DNA from: Octopus vulgaris
Taxonomy: Eukaryota
Length of the DNA stretch: 64,000 nucleotides
Reading direction: 5' to 3'
Assembly (NCBI GenBank): GCA_951406725.2
Contig: OX597829.1
Coordinates: 17,546,001-17,610,000 of the forward strand
Shown: one piece after another, positions 25,710-40,006 of the stretch
How positions within the stretch are numbered: the first letter of the stretch is position 1
How the letters are laid out: the number at the start of each line of letters is the position of its first letter
Program-made: the position numbers and the translations under genes
The notes under the pieces: generated by a model
What the model was told of the DNA's origin: nothing
The model's database searches: none
What the model saw: only the letters and a program-made list of their open reading frames with translations

Positions 25710-28371
25710 GGTATGTTCAAATTGTGTGTTCGAACGTAAAGGAACAATGTCATGAAGATTTATAAATATAAGCATTAAAACATATGTCGGTAAATTGTTA
25801 AATTAAAGTAAAATAACCTTAGTGGGGGAAATACCTGTGGCTGTTATACCTTTATCTTTTACTTGTTCCAGGCAAAAGGCTATTGCCATGCTGGGTCACT
25901 ACCATTAATTTTTATCTTATTTTTTTTTGTCATTGTTTAAATGCTTATCGCTATTATGAGTGTAGACAGATACATACATCGGCAGAAGGGAAAGTAAATG
26001 TTCAATTATGCTGATTTACACTGAGGAATTTTCACTGTTCCTGCAATAAATTATTATGGAAATTGGTGCACAGTTTGATATAACAACAAAATAGTTCGAT
26101 ATATTTGTACGGGATTAAATGAGATTAAACGATTCATTACTAAAACTGTGAGAATTATGAAGCAGAAACCACTATTTGTACGTAATTAATAACAACACAT
26201 AATTACAAAGTTGATATACTGATTGCCGTACTAAATACATTTTTAATTTATGGGAAGTTCTTTAGGTCCGATGAATACAGCAAACTGAGAAAACCTCATA
26301 AATCTTGACGACAATTCTTTGTCACTTTCAGAAGTTCTACAAATTAAAAATGGGCTTTCCAGTTGATTTATATATTTTGAGGGAAAACACAAGGATATCT
26401 TAGCAGCATTATACCCCTACCCAGGGAAAATGAAATCATTGGGTTCTATAGTATATACTTATCAACTGTAAGCCACAGAATACATAGATCAGAATTGGTC
26501 CGTCTTCAACCATGAGGTCCTTGGGCCCAGAGTGCCCATGCATTATCACAACCCTGGAGGGACAGACTTTTTTTTTGTATGTAAGTAATAAATCTCTTTG
26601 GGAATACTTTTGTCTACGTAACTTCGACAGTAGAGTAAAGCCTGGCCTTTCTCACATCCATATAAATATAGGGAAAGAGTTACATACATATTTAGCTAAA
26701 GATAATTTGCAAAGTTGAAAATAAAACAAACGGAAATAATTTAAGGGAGTCAAAGCCATAAATTCGAGTTATGCTAAAATATACGATGTACCGAATGCCG
26801 TAAGTAATGAATTGTTGAATTAAAATTTCCAGAGTTGGAGAAAAAAGACTAGAAAAATCAAATGGCATTTGTTGGCGACTTTTCTAGAGAACAGGAGTTA
26901 AATTATTAGTTTAATGTGTGTAATTGTTCAGGTTTTAATGACATGGATTAATTAAATTGTAATTTATTACACACAACTTTCGATTAATTTCATATAAGTT
27001 TCTTTAATAAACATAGAATAAATTACTACAGATTACCGTAAGAATATAATTTACATTTAGTACATTCCAAAAATCTGTGCAGTGCTCCACGAATTTCTTC
27101 ATATATACACACTTTCATTCACTCTTACCACTAATTTCCCACACATGCACCGCGCACGCACGCACGCATACACACGCACGCGCGCATAAAAGCTATTAAA
27201 TTTTCCATTATATTACAAAATTATAAATGATATCAAGAAATATAATGATTAATAAAATATATTTTATTTCTAATGCAATTTTTATTATTTTGAAATGCTT
27301 TAGAGTTGTCCTCATGAATTCTTGGAAAGCAATGTTCCATTCTATTTAATATTATCGTTAAAAAAATTATTCACTTCATTAAGAGTTCTCAAATCAGTCA
27401 TAACTTTCCTATTCCTGGGTAAACGTCCTTTTTTCTTTCTTTTCCACCATTACTCTTGGTTAACTGTATCAGTTACCAATTAAATGTTATCGCCCAATTG
27501 CTTCAGGTCATTTCACTTAATTACTAAGTAAAAATATGAAAAAGACCATAATTATTAATAGGTGGAATTATTTGGTGTAATACTTAAAGATTTGCTTCTT
27601 TAATCCGTTAATGAATTTTTGCAACATTTAAAATTATATTACGAGTCTAAACAAGCGTAATATAATTTTAAATGCCCCGCTGTTTCACTCGTCAATTTGT
27701 TCCGGCAAGAGTGTACGGTCCTGGTTGAATTTATCTATAATAATCGTGAAATATACAAAATTGTAGAGAATGAAGAATTTTCGATGTTCTTCGAAATGTC
27801 TTATCAGTGATGTTTATAACACAACTATGAACCAACACAGCAAAATAACGATTAATTTTATTTTTAAATTTCAATACTAATGAAATGAATTCCATTTCTT
27901 TTAATTTTGCGTTTGTATAAATTACCAAGTTATTTTCAAATTTTAATATATTCAATGATTTTTCGCGAGAACGGTAGACATGCAACCGTTTTAGAAACGT
28001 CTAGAAACTACGTCAGATTCAAATTCTCAGGCGCCACAAACCCCACATCAGCTTTGACACCCATCGTCCCTTCCCATGATTTTGTTTCTTCATTTTTTTT
28101 TTTCTTATTTATTTTTTTTCTAAAAAGCAAAGACTTCCCAGCTGAAAAAACGACAAATGCTACGCTGGATTTAACCTTCCATTAGTTCCGTTACAAACCA
28201 CATGCTAAATTCATATTCAACAAACTTCCTTTGCAGATGTTTGCCAAATAAATCAGTTGACAAATAATAAATAAATAATAAATAAATAAATACTAATGCT
28301 TTAGATTTTAATGAATTCTACTGAAAAGTGATTTCTGACACACATAGATTAGATTTTTGTCTTTTCAGTGC

Positions 28372-28407
<36 letters not shown>

Positions 28408-28409
<2 letters not shown>

Positions 28410-28847
28410 CCTTTCTACTTACTATAGGCAGAAGGCCTGAAATTTGGAAGGAGGGAAATTGTCGATTACATCGAACCCCAGCACTCAACTGGTACTTAAT
28501 TCATCGACCCCCAAAGGATGAAAGGCAAGGTTGACCACGGCAGAATTTGAACTGAGAACGTAAAGGTGGACGAAATACTGCTAAGCATTTTGACTGGCGT
28601 GCTAACGATTCTGCCAGCTCGGCACCAGTAATAATCCTTTTCTACTAAAGGCATAAGGCCAGCTATTTGGGGGTAGGGGTAAGTCGAATACATCAACCCT
28701 GTACTCAACTGGTACTTATTTTATCGACCCCGAAAGGATGAAAGGCACAGTCGACCTCGACGGAATTTGAACTCAGATCGTAAAGACGGATGAAATGCCG
28801 TGAAGCATTTTCCCCGGCGTGCTAACGATTCTGCCAGCTCACCGCCA
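28408..28847 (-). mobile_element. Two tandem older-subfamily SINE-A copies
   Basis: Same head and core, with a different tail (aggcctgaaattt...ctttctact). Confidence 0.8.
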
Positions 28848-28913
<66 letters not shown>

Positions 28914-29152
28914 GTTTATATATTTGTTGTGCAAGATTCTTTATTGTGTGTTGAAACAGATATTGTTGTATTTCGGAATGGTCATTTTGCCAGTTTAACC
29001 AATAAAAACACACGCACTATATATTTGGCGTTACTTTGCTTCAGCGTTATTTATTTTTTACATTAATCTTAATCTTATTTCGGCCAGAGTTCTTTCGTCA
29101 CACTCCTGTGACCGCATCATCATTATCGTTGTTGTTGTTGTTATTATTATTA

Positions 29153-29235
<83 letters not shown>

Positions 29236-29257
29236 AATAATAATAATAATAATAATA

Positions 29258-29340
<83 letters not shown>

Positions 29341-29419
29341 TACTAATACTAATAATAATAATAATAATTATAATTATAATAATAATAGCAATAATAATGA
29401 TAATAATAATAACAACAAC

Positions 29420-29482
<63 letters not shown>

Positions 29483-29485
<3 letters not shown>

Positions 29486-30745
29486 TTTATTGCCACCGGG
29501 GAGAAGGATGAAGCGCACAACACAAAGATGGACATAAAGTGTTGAGAGAAAATACATATTTAAACGTAAGTAAAATATATACAGTGTACAATAAGACAGA
29601 GAAATATGCATTGTATACAATAGCGAAAATAAAATAAAACAAAGAAGATAAAGTGGAGAAGATTATGATAATGATGTGGTCCTACTGACACAAGAAGACC
29701 TCTAAGGACAATCGAGGAACCTCACCGTCCAAGATGTTGCAGAACATCAAGGACCTGGTGCCCTCTCCAATTCCTGCTCTCCGACTCACAGATCTATAGT
29801 TAGAGTGATACTATCCACTCTTGCTATTTTCGCAACTTTCACGCACCTTTCCATAAATTCACCTGAGGACAGCACCTTCCTCTCCACCCTTACTTTCCTA
29901 TTCAAGTGAAACTTGGAAAAGTCGATGAAGGTTCTATCAAAAACAAATGTCACAGACTACTTTCCTTTCCGCCTCCTCCACCAGACAACCTCTCTCGCCA
30001 CCGCCATCAGGCAAAGAAAATCTGCCTTACCTGCCCGGCTAAAGGAAATCAGCGAGGCAATTCTCACTATGGACTCGGCAGACACACGACAGCAGCTGAC
30101 CCCACAGGTCAGCAATGACTGTACACGTCGGATACGCTCGTCTGACAGCAACATCTGTGCCTGTAGAGTTTATCTTGACCTGGAAGCTCAACTCGGTAGC
30201 ACTGCCATGCCAAGGATATCTTGAAATTATCCATAGTCGTCCCTGACCGGAAATTCCTCCGAAATAGACAAGCCAATTCGTTTCCCTCTGTACGTCGTCG
30301 TACTTCCCCCATCACCACCACTAATTCTCTATAGATTGCTAAAGTGGAACTTCCATCGATCCCATTGCCCGACAACATTCTAGGTGCCAGTCGCCCAGTC
30401 TCGAACTATTCTTCACCCAGAATTGCAGTTCCGTCAAGGAGATGAGCTGCGGAAAGTCGTGCCTCACAAACGGAGCCCACACACGCTCACCGCCCAGAAA
30501 TCGTTGCAGATGACGCAACTTGAGTGATAGTCTCCGCATCACAAGCCACGACATACCTAAGCTGCTTCACAGAGGGTGCTGATAGCAAACTTATTGTTTG
30601 GCTATTGGAACAGGTCCCTTCGAAAAGAAACTAAATACGAGATGCTTCAACTTGCTCAAGCAGTAACCGGGAGTAGGGCACGACAGTGAGGCAATAACTG
30701 ATAACGGAGGCAATATAGTGAATCGCCACCTCTGCCCGACGTTTT
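29483..30745 (-). mobile_element. Tx1/L1-clade LINE 3' fragment
   Basis: LRHLQRFLGGERVWAPFVRHDFPQ and SAESIVRI..VAREVVW. Ends ccccggtggcaataaaaaaa-(tca)n. Confidence 0.8.
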
Positions 30746-30779
30746 AGGAACAGCTTCTTCTCTGACCAGTTCATCATCG

Positions 30780-32603
30780 TGCAGGTGCCGGTAAGCGCAA
30801 ACGTGCGCATCCCGAGCAAGTCTATCCACGACAACCTCCATATTATGTGCAACATCATAGAGAGGGCTGGGACGATAGCAGGCTTCTCGGGTGCTCTGAT
30901 CCATTTGGATCAATCATAAGTATTCGATAGGGTCGATAATCACTATTTAGAAGCCGTCCTGAAAGCACAGCGGTTTCGGACCCGTTTTCAAAGGCTGGAT
31001 CGCTGTTCAGTGATCAAAGTAAACGACCACCTATCGAAGCCATTTGGCATCGCATGCTCGGTCCGTCAGGGCTGCCCGCTGTCGCATCTTCTATACATAT
31101 TGGCACTCGAGCCACTGTTGCAGAAGTTGGAGCAGCTAAGTGGAATCCCTTTTGAACTGGGACAAGGAAAGTCAGTGTTAGCATACGCGGACGATGCCAC
31201 CATCATGGTGTCGGATTCTTCCGAAGTTGAAACGGTCGGCACATCCTAAAGGAATATGAGTCAGTCGCAGGGACTAAAATTACCAAGAAATGGGCTGAAA
31301 GCTGTCCCTGAAAGATCGGGCAGAGGTGGAGAATGCTTACCTCGCCTCCGTCGTGTCTTGACCCGCTTACGGCTTGGCCATGTTGGAGCGTCTCTTATTT
31401 AAATTCTTATGGAAAGGTGAGGTGAGGTGGTCAGTCTGTTGTCAGCATCGTCTGAGTGGTGGTTTAGGCATGCTCTTGCTCCTAATGTACATACACGCGC
31501 TTAGATCACGTCACCTGCAACGATTTCTTGAAGGTGAGCGTGTGTGGGCTCTGTTTTTGAGGCTCGTCTTTCCGCAGGTCGTCTTCTCGATGCAGCTGCA
31601 GATTTGGATGAAGAAAAGACCGGGACTGGGCCCCTGTCGTCAGGCGCTCACAACCTTCTACCAGTCGGGCAATGGGATCGGTGGATGTACTGCTTTAGAA
31701 ATTTGTAGAGGATTAGTGGCGAGGAAGTGCGACGACGTTCTCGGGGAGACTTTGGGCGCCGACGAGAACGAACTGGCTAGTCTGTTCCGGTTGGGAACTA
31801 TCATGGATAATTTCCAGATGTACTTGACCTCACAGTGCTGCCGGGGGCGCTACCGGGGGCGCTACCGGTCCGAGACAAACCCTACAGGAACGGGTGCGCT
31901 GTCAGATGGACTTATCCGAGGTGCGTGCAGAATGACGAAACCGTTCTGCACGCCTTCGTTCAATATCCGGGCATTGCTGACTTTTGGGATTATGTTGAAC
32001 AGCTACTGTCACGCGTGGGATGGATCCATCTGTCGGCCGAGTCTGTAGTGATGACTGCACCACCGCCCTCCTTCAATCATTCAGGCAAGACAGTTTTCCA
32101 TTGCCTAGTTGCTGTGGCGAAAGAGGTTGTTTGGTGGACAAGACTGAAAGGTGTCAGGACAGATAGATTCGTTGACTTCTTCAAGTTTCACTTGAAAAGG
32201 AAACTGAGAGTGGAGAGGGAAGTGACGTCCTCGAGTGAGTTTATCGAAGGGTGAGTGAAAGTTGCGAAAAGGGCATGAGTGGATGGTACCTCTCTAAGTG
32301 TAGACCTGTGAGTCGGAAGGAAGGAATTGGAGAGGGCACCTGCTCATAAGGTTTCAGGAAAATACCGGACAGTGGGGTTATTTGATCATCCCTAGAAGTG
32401 TTCCTGTATGAGTAGGACCACATCTCAATCATCCTCCCATCCCCCTTTTTTCACCTTTGTATGCTATGCATATGTCTCTTCTTTTCCAGTGTATACCGTT
32501 TATACTTTTTTTAATCATTTCATTATTATATGTAAACCCACCACACTTTATGTCAGTCTTTGTATTGTCCCACTCATCTTTCGTCCGTGTGGCAAATAAA
32601 TAA
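30780..32603 (+). mobile_element. Tx1/L1-clade LINE fragment (RT through 3' end), decayed
   Basis: SIHDNLH, LDQS*VFDRV, VRQGCPLSHLLYILALEP, AYADD, PRC..ETVLHAF. Ends ccgtgtggcaaataaataaa-(atc/att)n. Confidence 0.88.
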
Positions 32604-32626
32604 AATCATCATTATTATTATTATTA

Positions 32627-32763
<137 letters not shown>

Positions 32764-32877
32764 AAGAAGAACAACAACAACAACAACAAGAACAATAACA
32801 ATAATAATAATAGTAATAACAACAAGAGCAACAGCAACAACAACAACAACAATAAAAATAATAATAATGATGATGAT

Positions 32878-33075
32878 TCTACAAGGCCTAAAATTTGACA
32901 GGAGTGCTAGTTAATTATATTGATCCAAATGCTCGACTGGTGCTCATTTCATCGACCCCGAAAGAATGAAAAGCGAAGTCGACATTTGTGGAATTTGAAC
33001 TCAAAACACTATGACTGACGGATGTCGGTAAGCATTTTGTTCGGCGTACTAACAAGTCTGCCATTTCGCTGCCTT
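32878..33075 (-). mobile_element. Old SINE-A
   Basis: Core atcgaccccgaaagaatgaaaagcgaagtcgac. Confidence 0.75.
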
Positions 33076-33121
33076 ACTAACAGCAACCAACCAACAACGA
33101 CGACGATTACGATGATGCGGT

Positions 33122-33155
<34 letters not shown>

Positions 33156-33169
33156 ATTTTTATTAACTA

Positions 33170-35000
33170 TTAAAGGTTTCCGAAAGGATCGATGACGTTA
33201 CCGAACGATGCAAAACAGCATACGGTTACGTGAAAGCGTGTAAACAGTAAAATAACAAAGACAACGAAAGAAAACATTTTTTTATATCGGGAAATACATC
33301 CCAGAGATGCTCGTGGAAACTGCAGAAAGCCACGGTCAGTCTGAACACTGGGGCAAGTACTCTTTCCCCTGCCAAAGTGTATTTGTGCATGATCAGACCA
33401 GGTCTGTTCACACGGACCATCACTTCCGCATTCACCCACTTTTCAACAAATTTGCCGCAAAAAGTACTTCCTTCTCCACCGTCAATGTTCTCGTCAATTG
33501 AGATTTGAAAAAAAATTATGAGTGTTTGGCCAAAGAGGAAGATGTGTCTTCAGCCCTTTCAATTTGGTCCATCTCACAATTTCTCTCCCTAAGACCACCA
33601 TGCAGTTAAACATCACCTCTCCTTCCTGGTCAAAGGAAAGGTGGCGGAACGAAATTCACAAAACACTCAGTAGATAGCCGGATCCGTCTTAAGCGAGGCA
33701 GCAGATGTTCGGCGTAAACCCGCAAGTCAGCAACGATCTGACACGGGACGAGTGTATGCAGAACAGTTCCATCACTTTGCGTGCATCTCGGGCTGGTACA
33801 TCTGATGGTACTTCTACAACTGTATTCTTTATCATAAACAGGTAATCTTTTCCGGTTGCACTACCACGTCAAAGATCTTTGGATTTTATCCTTGGTACTG
33901 GACTGAAACATTATCCAGAACAAACCAGGTATGGAGATGAATATCCGAGAGACTAACAGCAGGTTCACTGTTTCCAGTTACCGGTTCTTGATCCTATCGA
34001 AAGCTTTCATGTCTTGAGCCTTATCTATATTTTCTATGTTGCATAAGCGGCAGTTTGCCCATGGTAGATCTCTATAAGAGCGCACATATCTGTGATAACC
34101 ACTTCGCTAACACTTAAATTCTTCGACTCCGCGTTTCAACGAGCCTTATTGTAAGTCTCGTAGGGCAAACCATCAAAACTAGACAACTTACCCTAGAAAT
34201 AACTTCTTGTATTTCAATACTGACTCACGTTTGGCGAGTCACCAGAGGCTATCGGGTTAAACACTGAGGTCCATCATGCAGTTGGGTTCTCCACTATTTG
34301 TTAACAGTCGTGTGAGGTACCGCTGAAAGGCTTTATACCTCTGCTTGGAATCAAATAGCATGCGATCGTCATGGTGAGTCAGAGATGTAATTGTGTCTTT
34401 TTAACCAAGTTGCACCTCTTTCACTTGAGCCACCGAACCTCTCTCACCTCTTTGTGTTTTTGAGCACGATGTTAGTTCTGACAACACGAAATCGTGCTTC
34501 GAATTATCCACCCTCGATGTAAGCATGCTGTTTGCGTTTCTTTTCCTAAGCACCACTTCTAGGTGTCTAAATAAGTCACCTTCTTATCCCGATTTCTACA
34601 TCGCTAATTGCTTACGATATCTTATTGATTCGACACTAATTACTCATTTCAAGGTTATATCAGCTATTGTTGACGACAACCCCTGTCAATGGATTCGCTA
34701 ACCTGGTGTCTGAATTTTTTATAGCCAGGAAACGCACTTTCATTTGCTAGGAACATAGTACTTTTCTAAGTTGATCTTACATATTCTAAATTTTCTGGCT
34801 TGAGTAGCCGACCATTTTGAATACTGGAGACCCTATGCTATTCCTACCATTTGCGACTTGAATAACTCGATGTGTTTTGCCTATGTCCACATTGGTACAT
34901 TCTGGAAATCCAGTCGGCACTCGTCAGACATTTGGAAACGTCTGAACCTGTTTGTTAAGTTTTTTCACCACTTCTATCAGGTAGTCCCACGCAACCTTAA
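33170..35000 (-). mobile_element. Highly decayed Tx1/L1-clade ORF2 relic
   Basis: VEKEVL near 33470, a C-terminal region similar to 31900-32300, and a PGY.KF-like endonuclease end near 34720-34810. Confidence 0.45.
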
Positions 35001-36930
35001 GGTGAATCTAAAACGGCATCCCAGTCGTCCCACAAAGACCAAAGGAGAAGATGGTCCCGGGAAAACCTCAAGAGGGCTGAAGAAAAATAACAACCTCACT
35101 CATGTCGATGTAGACAATCTCTACTCTAAAGGCATCCTCGTCAGTAACATTAACGACCAATGCCACCAAATTCTGTTCTGAAAGGGGGCCCGGAAAAACC
35201 ACAGCAGCTTCACTTCCCTTTCCAGTCGTCTTTGAAATACGCACACCAAATTACAACAGAAAATAAGCATGAAGATTCACGGCTCGAAATTCTGGTCATA
35301 TGATGGTCATCTCACGTTTATCGAATGACCTGAGGACATTGAGCTAGGCGTCCTTGTTTCCATGGCGACTTTTGGCATTTGTACTGTTCATTCCATGTAT
35401 GACAATGCTAGAGAGAAGGGTGAAGTTGGGAAAGGCCCACTTAATTTATTCCACCAGAGACAGAGATATTCTGTTCCTCTGACGAGGGGTAACACTCTTT
35501 GCACCAGATAGATTGGTATCACTGGAGCAATCGTCTGTCTCCTGTGGGAAGGTGCAGTGCTTCTGGACTTTGCGAGTGGAAAATCATTCACATGTATCCG
35601 AACTATTAGCATGTCCCATAAAAAATAGTCCTGGACCGCATCACCCGGTCAGGAATCGAAACCACACTCTTACGAGTTCAACGACCTAAGCACTAAATCA
35701 CACGCCTCGACACGTGATCTAGTTGGCTTAAGCAAATTATCTTACAAAATTTCAACAATTAACGACATTTGAACATATAAACAGACGAGCGAACCCATGA
35801 GATTCCAAGCGATGTGTTTCTGACACCACTGCATCACACCACTTCCACTACCAACACGACAACAACAACTAAAATAAATTTCTGGCAATAATTACTAACA
35901 TAAATAATAAAAGCTTTTCTCGATTAGTCACAAGGGCTAAGGAGATACAGAATGTGTAAAGAAACGATAAGGAGAAACCTTACAATGACGTGCGGCTTAG
36001 AGCGTATATGTTCTACACAAACGTTATACAAATATGAAAATTAAAACTTTAAAAAATTAAACATCTATTTTGCCGGAATATATGAAAACAGCACGATAAA
36101 TCTCACTATAATTAAAATAAGATATTTATATAAATATTAATTCTCTATTCACGTTGATCAAGTTTCCTCACTTCCCTTCTTAAGTTTTAATCTCTAAATC
36201 CTTCCTGTATTTTTTATGGCAGGAGATACGACAATTTTTCCCGAGAAGATCTTGGATTATAGCAAATAATGACTTCCCATGTCCGTTGAATCGTTATTAT
36301 ATAGAATACTTCGTAAAGTTTATTCGAGAGTTTGTATTACAAATCTCTGCCTTATATTGTTCAAAATCTGATCCCACTTCCTTTCCGATTCGTACTTCGG
36401 CTTTTCTTGCGCATATTGTATAAGTATGTTGTAGGAGCTTTGTTACTCTTTCGAATGACTGTGAAGTTCATTCTGTTCAGAGTTTAAGCTGGTTCCACCT
36501 CACAGGAAATTACTTTTCCTTCATATGAATTCTTCGTCAGCCGAGTGTATCTCCTTGTCACAGGACGTGTTTTCATAGCATTTTAACGGTCTTTTATGTG
36601 AGTCTTTCATTTACTTGTGAAAGTTTGCTTACTCCATCAGAATCCCAATAAGCAGACAGCGCGGCACTACTACGAGAAGATACTGCAACGAGAGTATATC
36701 TGCTGGTTGTTTAGTACTTGCTGTTGGGTTGCCATTCGTTGGATAACTTTGGATAATGTTCTCGCCAGTTGTAGATTATAGAGGGAATTCTTAGATTTCA
36801 TCTTTCGTTCCTGGTAATGAGTGAAAAATAATTTCGCTTGATGACTCACAAGTTAAGATTGGAGTAGCCTTAGGAGCGCCACCCCTAAGTATACTCTTTT
36901 TTGTAAGCTTTCAGTATAGGAACCTCTTAA

Positions 36931-37150
36931 TCCTTTTGATACTAAACGCCTGAAACCGCCTCTGGCTCTGTAGTACAAATGTCTTGTTTTCATAAGTTTT
37001 GAATTAAAATCTTCCACCAAACCTTAGTCACAATTTATGTTCCTAACACTAGCTTAATGATAACTAAGTTATTTTATTGAATTCTTTGTTATATTTAAAA
37101 TAATTGAAAGAAACACAGAGCATCTCAAAATAATTACAGTAACGAAAGGG
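36931..37150. mobile_element. piggyBac-type MITE
   Basis: TTAA at 36927-36930 and 37151-37154. TIRs (t)ccttttgatac / gtaacgaaaggg. Confidence 0.8.
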
Positions 37151-38017
37151 TTAAACTGATTTTAGTCCCACTTTTTTAGAAGCCAATTCGTTTACTTTGG
37201 CTGTTTTAAGGGCTCCCTCTTCTTGATCATAAACTTCTGATATTATTTTGAAGCCTTGTAGGGTTATAGTTACTAGTATGTCCATGGGGATTATACCTGG
37301 CCACATACTACCAAAGAAATCTAACTACTTACCCATATTACAGTCAGTCGTCCATATAATCACCGATGTTTCTAAAGACCAAACATCTTCTTTTCTCCAT
37401 AATACTACTAGACAAGCTCATGGACAAGTGACACGCAAAAAACTTTAGCATGTCTCGTTCTCTTTCATTTTTCTGTAGCCTTAGCAAAGTACAAGTAGAT
37501 TACTTCCTTCCACCTGTACTACGCTGTAGTAGGTTCATACCACTTCAGCAAAATGTTCTCATGCTTTTGTTCTTACCACAAAATATTTCATACAAAGCGT
37601 TTTATTTTGTTTCAATGATTGCAAAGTACAGCATGTTTATGCACTGTACGATACTTCCATGAGTATTACGTATGATTGTTGTTCTATATTCTGTATTTTT
37701 TCTTTGTATATATCAGTATTATTTTGAATTATTTATTATTTATTTGTTTACCGATACAATTTTTTTTCATTTTGATTTCTTTTGTTTGGTGACTATGTTT
37801 GCTTTTTACTGTAATCTTTCTGAGGGCGGATCCGCCTTAACGTTCAACGGTAAAATAAAATGAAAATATTATTTAGACTCGCCTTGTTATCTAACCCCAG
37901 TAAGTGGTATACCTTACAAATCCAAAATAAGAATTTTTTCTATCAGTTACTCATGTAAATCAACAAAAAATATCGCAATTGTATTTTATCACGTCGGACT
38001 GAAGTCTGCAGCAGATA

Positions 38018-38086
<69 letters not shown>

Positions 38087-38113
38087 TATAATAATAACAA
38101 CAACAACAACAAC

Positions 38114-38197
<84 letters not shown>

Positions 38198-38599
38198 TTC
38201 ATTTGCTAGTACCGCTAGTCGAAACGCTAGAAATGTAAAGATTTCAACAAATTATCATAGCCAAATAGCTGCCATTTAAACAGATAGCCAGTTCGTTTTT
38301 GTAGTCACTCTTCCCACCATTAATTGCTAGGGTAGAACTCCTAAAAATCTCACTACCCGACTTCTGGATACAGTTGTGAATGAAATTCGCGTTAGTTCAG
38401 GAGCCAGGTACCTCGTCTCGGTGTTTGCTTGATTCAGGTGCTTGGAAACAGGTGCAATGTGAAGGTTACTTGAAGGTGACCATATCCACTCATTGTCCAA
38501 AGGATGTCAAAAAGTAGACTCTCTAATTTTATTAAATTGTAACTGAAACATTGTAAGTTTGTCAAATGGTAAATAATAACGGTAATAAAGGTGTTCACT

Positions 38600-39500
38600 A
38601 ACTCTGTTCAACTTTTCATGGAAAGCTTTCTTTCATCTCAAGAAAAGACTTCTTAAATTACTTGTTACTTCTTCTAAGTTACGATCTGCATAGAAACCAA
38701 GGTTAAACCCAGAATCAGATCAAATTAAAGTGTCTGTTTTGATCCAGAGCTCTATGACACCATCCATTGCCATAGATTTGTCTCTCATGTGCCAAACTTT
38801 GCTCACCTGAGTTGGATTTTGTTCGTATCACTCACTAGTATTCCTAATGAATAGTGCCAACCGACTCTTTTTCGATGGCGTCCGACATCATAATGACTCC
38901 AAGTCCTTCATTATGCTGACAGGGCCAAAAGTGACGCTCAAAAAGAACCCCTTCAAATACTCCATTTCCCTCAGGATTGGCTCGAATGCCAGCATACAGA
39001 GAAGAGGCAACGGAGGACACTCTTGAAGAATGAAACATTCAATTCCACATGTTTTTAAGAAGAGGCTTCTAACTACACGGCAGATGCCGCTACACATTAT
39101 AGCGAATAGAACCCTCTCAGATCAGCTACCAAATAACGATGGTCGATCGTATAATAGGGTGTCTACTGTTCCAAATTTATCGGTCTTCTTCTGACAGCTA
39201 TCTTCATTACAAACTGTATGATGTAATTTGTTAGATGGAAATAGTTATGTTTTCGAACTTTACTTTTACTGTCTAGACTACCGACAAGTATCGATCTCTG
39301 TTAAATCATTGGCCAAAATCTTAATCTCGGTATCGAGAAGAGTTACGCACTAAAAAGTTGGACACAATGTATGCTTTACCACTGTCCTTTCTCTGCTATG
39401 CTGCTACGCTCTGTCACACATAACTGAAATTTCTCCCAGTTGCGAGAAACCTAAGACAAAAGGTCACCAAATAAAAATGGCAAATATTCGTTAATCTTGA
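38600..39500 (-). mobile_element. Decayed Tx1/L1-clade RT fragment
   Basis: LQECPPLPLLCMLAFEPILR, similar to RQGCPLSPLLYVLALEP. Confidence 0.55.
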
Positions 39501-39782
39501 AAGGCAGACCATCTGAGTAAGATAAATTGCAACCTTGTACAACTACTCGGCGCCTCTTGTATTTCAGGAGCCGTTATTGGATTTTAACAGCACCTTACAT
39601 GTTTCATCTTGTTTCCACTACTGTCTTCCGTCTATCATACTTTCTGAACGACCAAGAAAAAATGGTGCTGGAAAGTGGAGTTAATGACTATGGTTTTGTG
39701 TTCATTTGGTTACTGCTGTGTTAGTTTATGTTCTTATTGTTGTTGTTATTGTTGTTGTTGTTGCTGTTGTTGTTTGTTTGTT

Positions 39783-39942
39783 TGTTGAGCGAAGCAGTCT
39801 TCGTCCCAGAGCTCGCAAGATCGCGCCTGTGTAGTGGGAGAAGTCCGAAACGTGGTCCTTTGCTATTCGTAAGACCCGCAGAAGAGAGCATCGACTGATG
39901 GATGAATGCGCATCTAGGCTCAGCAATTGCGTAGAAAGTCGG
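39783..39942 (-). mobile_element. SINE-C tail-a fragment
   Basis: Matches 6910-7060. Confidence 0.75.
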
Positions 39943-39964
39943 GCTGTTGTTTTTTTATCATCAC

Positions 39965-40006
<42 letters not shown>

